From Schmidtea polychroa (taxonomy: Eukaryota): 64,000 nucleotides of DNA. Position numbers and translations under genes: made by a program. The notes under the pieces are model-generated. The model was not told the DNA's origin, searched no databases, and saw only the letters and a list, made by a program, of their open reading frames with translations. Positions 1-11,203 of the stretch are shown here, piece by piece (positions within the stretch are counted from its first letter, which is position 1; each line of letters begins with the position of its first letter). The DNA lies in assembly GCA_044892525.1 (NCBI GenBank), contig CM097887.1, positions 61,814,001 through 61,878,000 of the forward strand. Direction: 5' to 3'.

Positions 1-204
1 TTTAATCTTTCATCTATTTATTTATCTTCAAATCATTTACAAGAGATGAGTATTACCTCGAGCAATTTCAATTGAAATTTCTTGAAAAAATAAACTTATT
101 TTTAGAATCGATTGTTAAATTTTATTATTATTTACAAAATGAAATAATATATAAATTAAAAATATGAATTTTACAATAAATCTAATTTTCAAAGATTTTT
201 TTTC

Positions 205-349
205 CAATCCACATTCTCAGAGAAATTTCAATAACTGACATAATTGAATTCTCTTTTAGAACGAAGGATAATTGATTCTCAATCCACATTCCCAGAGAAA
301 TTTCAATAACCGACATAATTGAATTCTCTTTTAGAACAAGGATAATTGA
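205..349. repeat. Two-copy ~75-bp tandem duplication
   Basis: caatccacattc(t/c)cagagaaatttcaataac(t/c)gacataattgaattctcttttagaac... starts at 205 and again at 280, with few mismatches. Confidence 0.9.
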
Positions 350-576
350 CGGCGAAACTTCAATGAGTTTCCCCAAATTGCCTCTCAGATAGCCAATGAT
401 TTTAATGCATTAAATGGCTTCTGATTGGCTGCTTTTTCTTCCATTAATAGGTAAGAAATTTTATTTTTTCTTCATATTTTTTAATTCAGGAACAAAATGA
501 GAAAAAGATTATTACTGGAAATCAATGTTCTGGGGGTGCATTCAATTCTAATACGTTTAACAAATTATGCTACTTC

Positions 577-1109
577 TCTGAGAAGCACTCAAAAATTACT
601 TTGGAATCAACTAAGAAAACACGGCGAATTATGTGACGTAGCCTTGATTGTTGGTCAAAAAAAAAATCTTAGCCCATAGAATTGTGTTATCTGCATGTAG
701 TCCTTATTTTAAAGCTATGTTTACTGGCGAATTATCTGAATCACTACAAAATGAAGTAATTAAATATTTGGTTATCTTTATCAAACGATATTAGGTAACA
801 TTAAGGGATATCGATGAAAGTGCTGTTGAAGCATTGGTAGAATTTTGTTATACATCTCAAATTGTTATTGAAGAGTGGAATGTACAGTGTTTACTACCAG
901 CTGCTTGTTTATTACAATTATCAGAAATTCAAGATGTTTGTTGTGAATTTTTTAAAACAGCAGCTTGATCCATCTAATTGCTTAGGTATCCGAGCTTTTG
1001 CTGATACTCATGCTTGTAATGACTTATTAACCATTGCTGATAAATTTACACACCATAATTTTCAAGTACACTTTATTTATTATTACCTCAAGATCGTCCT
1101 CTTATGCAG
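577..1109 (+). pseudogene. KLHL20: Kelch-like 20 / diablo BTB-BACK fragment, frameshifted and internally deleted
   Basis: Joining frames across a 39-bp GT-AG intron gives [142 protein letters not shown], then [12 protein letters not shown] (1074-1109), closely matching KLHL20. Frameshifts near 610 and in the A10 run at 657-666; most of BACK is missing and no Kelch repeats follow. Confidence 0.85.
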
Positions 1110-2183
1110 GTGGATAAATTTTGTGTTAATATAAACTTATATTGATTATTTATTATATTGTGTAAAATAATTTTCAGACTCTTTGATGATTTAACACAAT
1201 AAATTGAAACATTAATTATCGCAATTGTCACTGTATTAACTGGAAATCTATTTCCAACTTAAAATGGAACGCAGAGACATGAATATTGTTGATTTCGAAG
1301 CGAATATGAAACCATGAAGTATGTAGATATTAGCCCCATAGACCACTATGAGTTATATAGATTCCATTTCTGAATTAGGATGAATTTTGTAGATTTTAAT
1401 TGATTTGCACTCGAAAATTTGGTGTTTAAATGGTCACAAAGATCTATTCTCACCACTTCTATGATACAAGATGCTTTCAAGTCATTAACGTATAAATCAA
1501 TCCTAAAAATTATTATATATTTGTATTTAAAATTTCATTGAGATTTTCCAATTTTTTTTTACTGTAACTGCAAACTCAGCCTTCAATAAATCAGGGTAAA
1601 ATAAGTTGAAAACGAATGCGCATTAAGGAACAAATTAGTGATTGCCTTCTGTTATCGTGGGAAAAGAAGTAAGCGCATTCCAATCTGTAAGAGAAGACTA
1701 CGAAAAATGTGGAAAGATCTAGAATAATGATGATTCCAGATAATGAAAAATTTTTGTTGAGTTTTCTGTTCTGGTTATTGCAAATTTTTCTGCAGACAAA
1801 TTAATTTGACAGAGTTTTTATTTGTTATTAAAAATTTATTATGAAATCCTCTTTCTGGCAGCAGGGATTATAAGAGTTTCCTTTTCAAACTCCAGGAGAA
1901 AGAAATTTGAATTTATATATTTCTATTTGGATTTTAGGAAGTAAGTTATTTAATCTTTATTAATTTCTATTTTTAATCATTTGAATAAATATTTTTATCC
2001 AATAAATTAATAATTTTCGTCTATACTCAAATTTTATGCATAGATATAGATAAATAGTTTTGGATAAATATAGATATAGAGACACCGAGATACATAGAGA
2101 AACTTATAAACAAATATAGATTTAGATAAAAATATAGTTCCATTTATTCATAAACGGTTTCAATGGAAAAATCAATGACTACT

Positions 2184-2252
2184 GACAACTACACACTTCC
2201 AATTGTCGTCCAGGGTAGCCAAACTCCGACAATTGGGAATGTGTATGTTGTT
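2184..2252 (+). other. Imperfect ~69-nt stem-loop
   Basis: gacaactacacacttccaattgtcg pairs with cgacaattgggaatgtgtatgttgtt around an 18-nt loop; two mismatches are G-U compatible on the + strand. Confidence 0.6.
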
Positions 2253-2389
2253 ATTAAATGTTTTATTTATTATTTATACATTTTCCCTTTAATTATTTGG
2301 GATTTAACTGATGAGCTACCAATTAATAAATGAGACAACGCGAGTTCAACATTATTTATTTTTTATAAATATTATATATATATATTAAT

Positions 2390-3859
2390 TTAGTTCATTT
2401 TAATTTCCAATTGTTTGGTTCCATGCCGATACCGTATTATTGTTTCTTCCCGTTCATAGATTACCCCATCGATGGTTACAGTCTCCCCAACATCAATATT
2501 TGAAGGGTTTTTTCTTTTTCTCGCTTGTCGACATTCGGGCATTGGACCATACTCAAGTGTTGGGTGTATTCTTACCATCGAGACACTTATCATTACTGAA
2601 ACACATTCTTGTGAAATTTCCAAAAACGATTCGGTGGCCCACTTTAATGGAATTAATGGATTTTCAGTCTCCATCTCCACATTCTCCTCGCTTGTCAAGT
2701 CAATTTGTTCTGCTTCCATTACATCGTCAACCGGAATTTGTGCCACTTTCTCCGCTATTGCAGTTGATGCTGATGGTACCTCTCGAAGTTTTTTATATTC
2801 CTCCAACGAATATTTCTTTGATGGTAGGTTTTTGGGCATTGGTATATCATCAATCCATTGATTTTCCACTCGTTGATATACCTTGCGAATGCTCTTCACA
2901 TCCTCTAGAGCCGAATGCACACCGATTTGTGTTTCTTCTCCACATATTTCTCTCACTACCGTTTGTAATTTGAACCATTCTCCTTTCCTGGTTACTCCCA
3001 TGTTCTGAAGTATTGGTGCTGCTGCTAGATCTCGAATGCCGTACAATTGTTCAATCCATATCCCCAAGTATTGTAATTCTGCATGCAAATCATGGCCGAT
3101 CAATATTTTGCCTACTGTCAAGCGTTGTATCTCTTTCATTGCCACATATTGATCACATTGGTTCCTGCTGGCCACTTCTGTAATTCCATGGATCCTTGAA
3201 TTAAAATGTCGGATTTTTCCTCTTGGAGTGAGGTATACATCTTTTACTACTTTCCCATAATAATTCATAATTGCTATTGCTAAAGGGACCATTTTCCCTT
3301 GCTCTGATGTGCCATATTCAGCATCAATGAATAATATTCTACTGCGGATTTCTTCTAGATCCATTTCTTTTCTGAGAAACGACATTTTCCTTTTCAACAT
3401 TTCTTTCGAAATTTTCATTAACATTGGATCTTCTCTTGCACTTGGCTGCATCTGCGGAACTTCGTTCGCTTCATTTTCGATTCTGATTTCCACTACCATG
3501 GTTGTTTCTTCATTCGCTGCTCGTAACAGTCTCCACATGAAGTCTCTGTGCAGCTTCCACGACGTAAATTTTTTAAGTTCCCAACACACTTTGTTGTCAT
3601 TCGTCAGTACCTCAACGGTACCCTTGATCACATGTAGATGATATTCTTCTTTCCTTGACATCTCGACTTCTTCCGCTAATCGCAATTTTGACATCCGCAT
3701 GATCGTAAACATTTGGATCTTCATTTTTCGGTCATCAATTCTTAAATAATTTGGGATTTGGAGATTATCATTTATCCGGTATACTTTTTGTCCGGCATGA
3801 TTGTTCTTCATTTTGATGTAGCTGTCGTAGGTCGACCTTGCAAATTGTATTTGTTCCAT
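2390..3859 (-). CDS. 489-aa protein with a REX4/ISG20-like DEDDh 3'-5' exonuclease domain
   Basis: ExoI FIDAEYG, FNSRIHGIT, ExoII ILIGHDLHAEL, IRDLA, ExoIII HSALEDVKS. Intronless, intact, same strand as the retroelement; C-terminal RKRK basic patch. Confidence 0.85.
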   Translation of the reverse strand: MEQIQFARSTYDSYIKMKNNHAGQKVYRINDNLQIPNYLRIDDRKMKIQMFTIMRMSKLRLAEEVEMSRKEEYHLHVIKGTVEVLTNDNKVCWELKKFTSWKLHRDFMWRLLRAANEETTMVVEIRIENEANEVPQMQPSAREDPMLMKISKEMLKRKMSFLRKEMDLEEIRSRILFIDAEYGTSEQGKMVPLAIAIMNYYGKVVKDVYLTPRGKIRHFNSRIHGITEVASRNQCDQYVAMKEIQRLTVGKILIGHDLHAELQYLGIWIEQLYGIRDLAAAPILQNMGVTRKGEWFKLQTVVREICGEETQIGVHSALEDVKSIRKVYQRVENQWIDDIPMPKNLPSKKYSLEEYKKLREVPSASTAIAEKVAQIPVDDVMEAEQIDLTSEENVEMETENPLIPLKWATESFLEISQECVSVMISVSMVRIHPTLEYGPMPECRQARKRKNPSNIDVGETVTIDGVIYEREETIIRYRHGTKQLEIKMN

Positions 3860-4054
3860 TTTTTTCTACAATAGTTATATAATTAAAATTTGAAGTTAAT
3901 CTAATTTTAACACTAGGGTTGAGATGGGGTACCCAAAGGATACCGTCCCACCAACTAGTTATATAAATAAATAATAATAATTACCGTTTAGTTAATTGTT
4001 GATTTATTTATTTTTTTTTTCAAAATTAATGGAGTTTAATGGAGTTAACCCTCT

Positions 4055-4121
4055 TTTTATACCCTTATGAAAATTCTCTTAACCCCGTTTTTCTCTCCCC
4101 CTTAACACAGCGCTAACCAAT
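4055..4121 (-). promoter_or_regulatory. Putative internal promoter for the exonuclease ORF
   Basis: Minus-strand TATAAAA at 4055-4061, about 200 bp upstream of the ATG at 3859, and a CCAAT motif at 4117-4121, in the 435-bp gap after the pol stop codon. Confidence 0.5.
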
Positions 4122-4294
4122 CAAATTGATTCTTTCCGTTGATATTGAAAAGTGCAGATTCACAAGTAAAATAAAATGAAATATTGATCATATCCATAAT
4201 GAAATAAAATATTAATAATATCCATAAAATATTTATACTATATTACTACTACTACTTTATCAATTTTTTTTGCATGCAAAGTATTTATGTCTTA

Positions 4295-5500
4295 CTACAC
4301 AAATGTTTCTTCATAAACGATCCAAGGTCTCGCAATCTCGGATCGATTCGTAGAAGGTTTGGGTATTGCTCGAAATTCAATTAGCACAATGATAATGAGA
4401 ATAATGAGAGAGATTTTTATAATGAGAGTAGTTATTAATAATGTTACACACACAATTTCACTGTCAGTTTTTAATGACGATATGGTTCCGTTATTAGTCA
4501 TTGACTCATTGATGCTAGAAAAGATGATTACGTTGGCAAAGCTAGGGGTTTGGTTGGACTGATTTGATTTGTTTCGATTTCCATACTGCGAGTTAATAGA
4601 TGGAATTTGCACAATTTTATTTTCCACTAAAGTTAATTGCCATAGATTTGAAAATAGAGAACGTCTATAGTATTTTATTTTAATGAACACAAATTTTGAC
4701 GTCGATATTGGTGAGCGTTGACGAAAAGTTAATATTTGAGATCTATTTTTTTCATTTAATATCGATTGAATTTTTCGATAATAATATAAAATAGCTTTTT
4801 GATTGGGCTCCGCTTGTCGGGTAACATTCACTAATTGATTGAAAATATGAAAAGTAACCCGGTTTGTTTCATTAACTAATCGTATCATATGTTGACTAGA
4901 GTGTATTCTGATCCATTGGCTATCAATTTCAGTTCCGTTTTCATATAAAGATTTTTCATAATAATGAATCAGAATATTATAGTTATGATGTAATTTTAAA
5001 TTTGCATACTTTATAAAGGGTTTTCTGCTATTCAATGTATCTATCGCATAATTTTGAAAAACTGCTTTTACTTGTTGGGATTCCTGGGGTTCCCAATATA
5101 TGTCAATTCCATTTACCAGTGGTTCAATTGATACTCGATTATGTAATCTCTTTGTCCAAATATTAATGCGTATAAGATTTTGTATTTTTGTATTATTACT
5201 TTTCGAATCCAATTGCGTAATTAACCAAGGGTATTCATAATTCATTGTTAATTGTCTAGCCACATAAATATTTTTGGTGCTGTTCAATTTTATTGGGGGT
5301 TCAAAATAGTTTATTAGATTATTTATCTCTATTTCTTCTGCTCCTCCAGCATAATAAACCCAAACTATTTGAGTACATGTTGAGTAAATATGAACTTTGT
5401 CTAATAATACAACTGTATTAGTTGCATATAACGGGAATACTCTCACTGCATTTACTGACATTATGTTGATAATCATTACTGTTGTAATCAATAAAACTTT
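4295..5500 (-). CDS. C-terminal extension of pol: type I membrane glycoprotein (signal peptide, FN3-like ectodomain, TM)
   Basis: In frame after integrase: hydrophobic VLLITTVMIINIMSVNA (5447-5497), about 11 N-X-S/T sequons, FN3-like spacing GIDIYWEP...LKLHHNYNILI, and TM IVCVTLLITTLIIKISLIILIIIVLI (about 4381-4457). Confidence 0.7.
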   Translation of the reverse strand, partial: KVLLITTVMIINIMSVNAVRVFPLYATNTVVLLDKVHIYSTCTQIVWVYYAGGAEEIEINNLINYFEPPIKLNSTKNIYVARQLTMNYEYPWLITQLDSKSNNTKIQNLIRINIWTKRLHNRVSIEPLVNGIDIYWEPQESQQVKAVFQNYAIDTLNSRKPFIKYANLKLHHNYNILIHYYEKSLYENGTEIDSQWIRIHSSQHMIRLVNETNRVTFHIFNQLVNVTRQAEPNQKAILYYYRKIQSILNEKNRSQILTFRQRSPISTSKFVFIKIKYYRRSLFSNLWQLTLVENKIVQIPSINSQYGNRNKSNQSNQTPSFANVIIFSSINESMTNNGTISSLKTDSEIVCVTLLITTLIIKISLIILIIIVLIEFRAIPKPSTNRSEIARPWIVYEETFV

Positions 5501-5639
5501 ATTGATGTAACTCAATGGAGCAGGGTTTTTTGTAAATTTTTGTTTAATTACTGGGTTCCCTGCATCTTTATTTGGCTTTGATCTCAATGGATAACGTGAT
5601 TCATCTTCTATTATCTTCTTGCATCTATTTACATGAACG

Positions 5640-7558
5640 ATGATTGTCCCAGCCTTTTTATTGTTTTGTGGACGCAATTTTAAGTTAGTCTCTGTCGTAT
5701 CACACACTAGATATGGTCCTTTAAACGGTCGTTGCAATTTCGTTGACAAGCCTTTTGTCGGTTCTGGTTTGTTTATATACACAAGATCTCCAATTTTAAT
5801 GTCATGTGCCCGTGCGCGTTTATCATAGCATTCTTTATACGCTTCTTGATGATGCCTTATGTTAAGTCCAGCTTGGATCCATACTGACTGTAGTCTTTCA
5901 TGCATAGCTATTTTATAATCTGACACATCCATATATTGGGAAATAGGTGACTGAAATTCTAGATCGACTGGCATATTGTTTCGTCGTAGATACATGAGAT
6001 AAAAGGGTGTTTCTCCAGTGCTTTCATTTACTGCATTCCGGTATGCAAATAAGCATGGTTTAATGAATAAATCCCAATCCTTTTGTTTCCTATTTACATA
6101 GGATGATATCATATTAATTAGTGTCCCATTAAATCTTTCAACTAGACCATCTGTTTGTGGATGATATGGTGAGGTACTAAGTTTCAATATACCAAATAAA
6201 TCTGTAATTGATTTAAATAATTCACTCTGAAAATTTGTTCCTTGATCTGTAAGTAATTTCTTTGGTGCTCCGTATCGAAAAATAATATTCTCCACAAATA
6301 TTTTCGCAACTGTTTCTGCTTTCTGATTTGGCATTGCATAAGCTTCTGGCCATTTAGTAAGATAATCGCAAAAAACGATAATGTATTTGTTGCCATTTGT
6401 TGTTTCCGGCAATGGACCAACGATGTCCATTGCTGTCATTTCCATTGGCGCCTTGGGCACTGGCATAGGCTTAAGCGGAACTTTTATTTTCCGTCCCGTA
6501 TTTCGTCTTGTTAGGCATATCTCACACGTATGACACCATTGTCTGACATCTTGTTCCATCGTTTTCCAATAATATTTCTGTTTCAATCTTGATAATGTTT
6601 TTCGCGCTGATAAATGCCCTCCTAATGCTCCATCGTGATACAACAACAGTAATGATTTTCGATGTTTTGTCGGAACAATAATTAACAAATTTTCATTTTG
6701 TACACATTTTAACAAACCATCATGAATAATGTATTTATGGTTCTCTTCGGCAATATGTTTCCAGTCACTCTCCTTTTTGATTGAGACAGCATGTTGACGT
6801 AACTGATTTAATTCCTCGTCATTTTCCTGATCATCTTGTAATTTTTCTATATTATTTACCGTTTTAATTGCCATGAATATTGTATTTTCGCAATTATTTT
6901 CCTCTTGATCAACATTATTTTCTACGGGTATTCTCGACATAGCATCCGCATTTGCATTTGACTTTCCTGTACGATACTTTATCTCGAAATTATATTCTTG
7001 CAACGCAATTGACCACCTAATTAATTTACTGGCCGAATCTCTGTGCTTCATTAGCCATTGTAACGGATTGTGATCCGTAAAGACAACAAATTTTCTGCCC
7101 ACTAGGTATTGTCGAAAAGTGGTTATCCCATATACCAATGCTAACGTTTCTTTTTCGATTGTCGAATAATTTTTTTCATGAGGTTTCAGTGATCTGCTGG
7201 CATAAGCAATTACATGATCTTTTTCCCCTTCTACTTGCTGTCCTAATACCGCGCCTAATGCGAAATTACTGGCATCTGTCATTAATATAAACGGTTTTTT
7301 AAAGTTCGGACATCTTAATATCGGCTGTTTTATTAAGCTTTCTTTGAGTTTATCAAACGCTTCTTGCTGAGCTGTTGTCCATTTAAATTTTGCTTGCTTT
7401 TTCAATAACATGTTCAAAGGTTGTGCGACATGTGAGAAACTTTTAATAAACTTTCTGTAATAACTAGCTAATCCCAGAAATTGTCGAACCTGATCTACAT
7501 CCTTGGGAATAGGATATTCCTTAATTTTCATTACATTTTCTGGATTTGGTTGCAAACC
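5640..7558 (-). CDS. pol: pol: RT connection, RNase H and integrase
   Basis: RNase H LMTDASNFALGAVL / EKETLA / FTDHNPL / ADAMSR; integrase zinc finger GGHLS...WCHTCEIC, catalytic MDIVGP / LTDQGTNF / GLVERFN, and GPY motif FKGPYLV. Confidence 0.95.
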
Positions 7559-8500
7559 TCAACGCGAAATGATATGACCCACATAAACTACTTCAGATTT
7601 TCCCCATTCACATTTGGAGGGTTTTATTTTTAAGTTTTCTTCTAACAATCGCTTGAATACTGTTTCCACATCCTGCAAATGTTCCTGAAAACTATTCGAA
7701 AATATTATTATATCGTCAATATACACTAATGCATGTGGTATATCGCGCAAAACGAAATTCATACCTCTCTGAAATGTAGCAGGCGCTCCTGTTAATCCGA
7801 ATGGTAACACGTTAAACTCATATAGACCCTTCCCATCTGAAAATGCAGTTTTCCTTCTGTCTTCCTCTTTGACTTTAAATTGATTGTATCCTTTATTAAG
7901 ATCTATTACCGTAAAATATTGCACCTCCCCCATCTGATCGAACATTTCCTGTGGAACAGGAATAGGATATGTATCTTTTCTCGTAACTTGGTTCAATTTT
8001 CGATAGTCGACACAAAATCTTAAATCACCGTCCTTCTTTTTAACTACTACTATTGATGATGAGAATGGTGAGGAACTATCTCTTATTATATTGAATTCTT
8101 TCATTGCTTTGATTTGCCGATCACTTTCTTCCTGATGTATGTATGGTATTCTATACGGCCGTAATTTTATTGGGGTTTCGTTGAGTAATGGTATTTCATG
8201 CTCAATCACCTGAGTGAGTCCCAGATCATACTCATGTTTTGCAAATACATTTCTATATTTCTTTAATAATGCACCGAATTCTTGTTTTTGCAAATCCGTC
8301 AAATCTTTGCTTGTGATCTGAGGTTCTTTATAAATTTTTATATTTCTCGGTAACTTCTGAGCTTCCTCTGATTTGATTTTTGTTAATTTTCCCAATTTGG
8401 TTTTGGGCTTTATTTCAACGGATCTTGCACTATAATTCGCTATTCTAACTGGTACTGACTTATTTTGGACTTTCACTACTTCATCACACATAGGCACATC
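7559..8500 (-). pseudogene. pol: pol: reverse transcriptase bounded by two premature in-frame stops
   Basis: LRFCVDYRKLN, IDLNKGYNQ, LPFGLTGAPATFQ, VYIDDIIIFS. TAA at 8501-8503 and TGA at 7559-7561 interrupt one continuous frame shared with the protease and RH-IN segments. Confidence 0.95.
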
Positions 8501-9020
8501 TTATTTTTCAACCAGCTTTTGATTTGGCTCAAATATGTACTCCTCATCTGAGACCCTCATAACATCTGCATAGTATATTACTTCGCTTTTTGGTGGTACT
8601 TCCAATGTTTGGTTTAGAAATACCTCTCCTACTTCAGGCACTACTTCACCCATTTGTCCTTTTATTAGTTTTCCAGTTCTCAGATCAAGAGAGATTCCAT
8701 CTAGTTGCTCCATGACATCCATGCCAATAAGACATTTTACAGGACTTTTTCTCATCACGGATACCCAATGAATTATTTCTTGATCTCCAATTATCAGTTT
8801 AACTTCTAATTTTCCAACAATATTTAGTGCATTATGTGACATTGATTTAATAATGTGATTCGTTGGTTTTATTTTGGCTTTCTCCTGATACGTCAAGAAG
8901 CTTTCCGCTACTATAGTATGACTTGAGCCTGAGTCTAATAAAGCTTCCACTTTTCTTTTGTTAAACTGTATGTTTATTCGAGGTTGTTTTCCTCCTACTA
9001 CTGTTGTCATTAGTGCATAG
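8501..9020 (-). CDS. pol: Retropepsin (aspartic protease) and linker
   Basis: VEALLDSGSSHTIV and CLIGMDVM motifs, in frame downstream of the glycoprotein TM and cytoplasmic tail. Confidence 0.9.
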
Positions 9021-9399
9021 CTGCATGGTAAACCAAGCATATTCTTTCTTTCAATTTCCGCACTCGTTGGTTCAATCTTCTTTAATTCTATTGTGATATT
9101 ATCGACCGATTTCATCTCCTTTAGTTTTTCACTTGGATATACTGGTGCTGTTGGTCTAAATGTCGGGGTGTACCATCTACTAAGAGTATCAATCCCGCTT
9201 AATTTTGGCATTGGTTCAAGCAAGAACCTGGACTCTGGCTCTACTTTACTCTTTATTACACTTTTTCGAAAGTATTTATGCTCCGATTCCCCGTTGTTGT
9301 TATCATCATTATGATCGTCGTTTTTATCTTCCGACTGACACGTCGATTCCTCACTTTTCCGGCCATTTCTTAATTGTGCCCTTACTCTTGCCATTTCTT

Positions 9400-11203
9400 T
9401 AAATTGATGATCTGTAATAAAGAATCTTGCCAACAATGGAATACAACCAATAACTAATTTCCATGACCATCCCGATATTACGTATATTCGATGTACTGAC
9501 AACATTTGCGACACTACCACCTTTGCCGTTATCATAATCACGTAAATTCCAATTAAACCTGCACATGCTTGTCCCAAAAACATGAACTTGCCCAAATCTT
9601 TTCCATCGTTTTATACGTAGCTCGTTTGAAATGATCAGGTGTTAGCAAATTTTCGTAATTTACTGTTCCTTCTCCATTCGGTAATACTGTGTCAATCATT
9701 TCTGAAATTATCCGTTCCTTTTTGGATGGAAACAACAAATTCCTTTGAGCTTCTTCGATATCTTCGCTTGCATACAAGCCCATTTGTGCCATTTTGTTTA
9801 GTGATGTGAAATTTATCAGGTATTCTAAATTTGTTAATTCTAGTTTGTCTGGAGTCTTGACCCCACGATAGTCTGGTAAGGCTATCCATGAGTCGGTAGC
9901 TAATCGGTATAAAGGGGCTAATAATCAATTGCATTGCAAAAGTTTTGGTTTAGTTTGTTCATCAAGCAAGATTCTTGTTATCGGTTCCATAAATCGTACC
10001 TTTCCCCCAAAGCTTACTGGTAATTCGTTCGTACATTTTTCGTATTTGGCAATTTTCACTGTGACTTCTTTGCATTTTTAACTGTATAATGCTTCTCCAA
10101 ATATTCTCGCAAACACTCCATTTTCTGATATTAGCATAGGTGCTACTAAATTTGGATTCGTAATTGCCATCACCATCCGATTTCGGAGAATCTCTTTATT
10201 CAACTTACAATCGTTCAGAATCATTTCTCTATATACATTTTCCATGATGTTTTGACTAAAATGAAACAAATAATCAATTTTATTATTAAAATAATGAGTA
10301 AGTTTAATGTCATCTCTATGAATTTTTATTTTTGCTTCTTCCACAACATTTCTAGACACGTAAACACCTTTATAATTTGTTACATATACCATTCGACCAC
10401 ATTTATTTGTGATTTCCTTTTTTATAAATCGCATTCCATCTGCTGGTAACGTAGACATTAAAACTGTTCCCATTTGCTTTGTCCATACTGGGGTTGATTT
10501 AATGGTATTATTTGGTCTATAATTCATATTGAAATTATCTGGTTTATCTCTAAACTGTTCTCCTACTAGTTCTTTAAAGTTCATAGTTTTTAAGTGCGCT
10601 AAATTACACTTATTTGTTTCTACATTATAAACAAGAATCGATTCCCCTGTTTGACAATGTGTTTGTTTCATATTACAGAATGGATGAGTTTGTAATTTTC
10701 CCGTATCATCATCGAACTCCTTCGAACTCTCTCAACTCCGTGAGATACTCTTCTAGCACCACTGTTTGCTGAATAATTTTACCGTTCATTTTATATGGTT
10801 CACCTTCACAGTCGCCATTTGCTTTCATAACTCCCTTTACAATTATTGTTTCTCGTATTCTATGGTTCAATTTTGCCTTTAAACGAATTTCTGGACTTAT
10901 TTTTAATTCTCCTGTTTGAAATGCTGCTAGACAGTTTTCTGGAAGCACCTCGACTGGCCTAGGTATCGCATGCATTTTTATGAGTGACGTATGGCTCCAT
11001 TTACCACAATAAAATACAAATGTTGTATGTTTGACAATACACTCTCTCACTTGAGTTCTTCGCAGATCAGACTCCTGATACACATAATATTTTACGTCAT
11101 TTTCTATTTTTAAACTGCTCGGATACGCACCTGGGCACTCCGACATATCTACTACCGAATAAACTTTTCCCATTTCAGTTTGGGAACAATCGTACGCAAC
11201 TAA
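9400..11203 (-). pseudogene. env: Chuvirus-like (class III, gB-like) envelope glycoprotein located between gag and protease
   Basis: Begins LVAYDC after a signal peptide; Cys-rich; contains FNNKIDYL, NPNLVAPML..GVFARIFGEALYS*KC.EV.V...CTNELPV...FMEPITRI, GLYA...LLFPSKKE and a hydrophobic C-terminus FLGQACAGLIGIYVIM...GWSWKL. Lesions: frameshift near 10715, TAA 10078-10080, TGA 9925-9927, frameshift near 9592. Confidence 0.75.

Noticed and set aside
1180-1760. Possible continuation of KLHL20 or an opposite-strand gene
   Set aside because: No Kelch motifs and all frames interrupted by stops.
7559-10080. In-frame stops as programmed readthrough or a non-standard genetic code
   Set aside because: Both TAA and TGA occur at arbitrary positions alongside frameshifts, and host genes (MRPL55, Tctex1) end at normal TAA stops; mutation is the simpler explanation.
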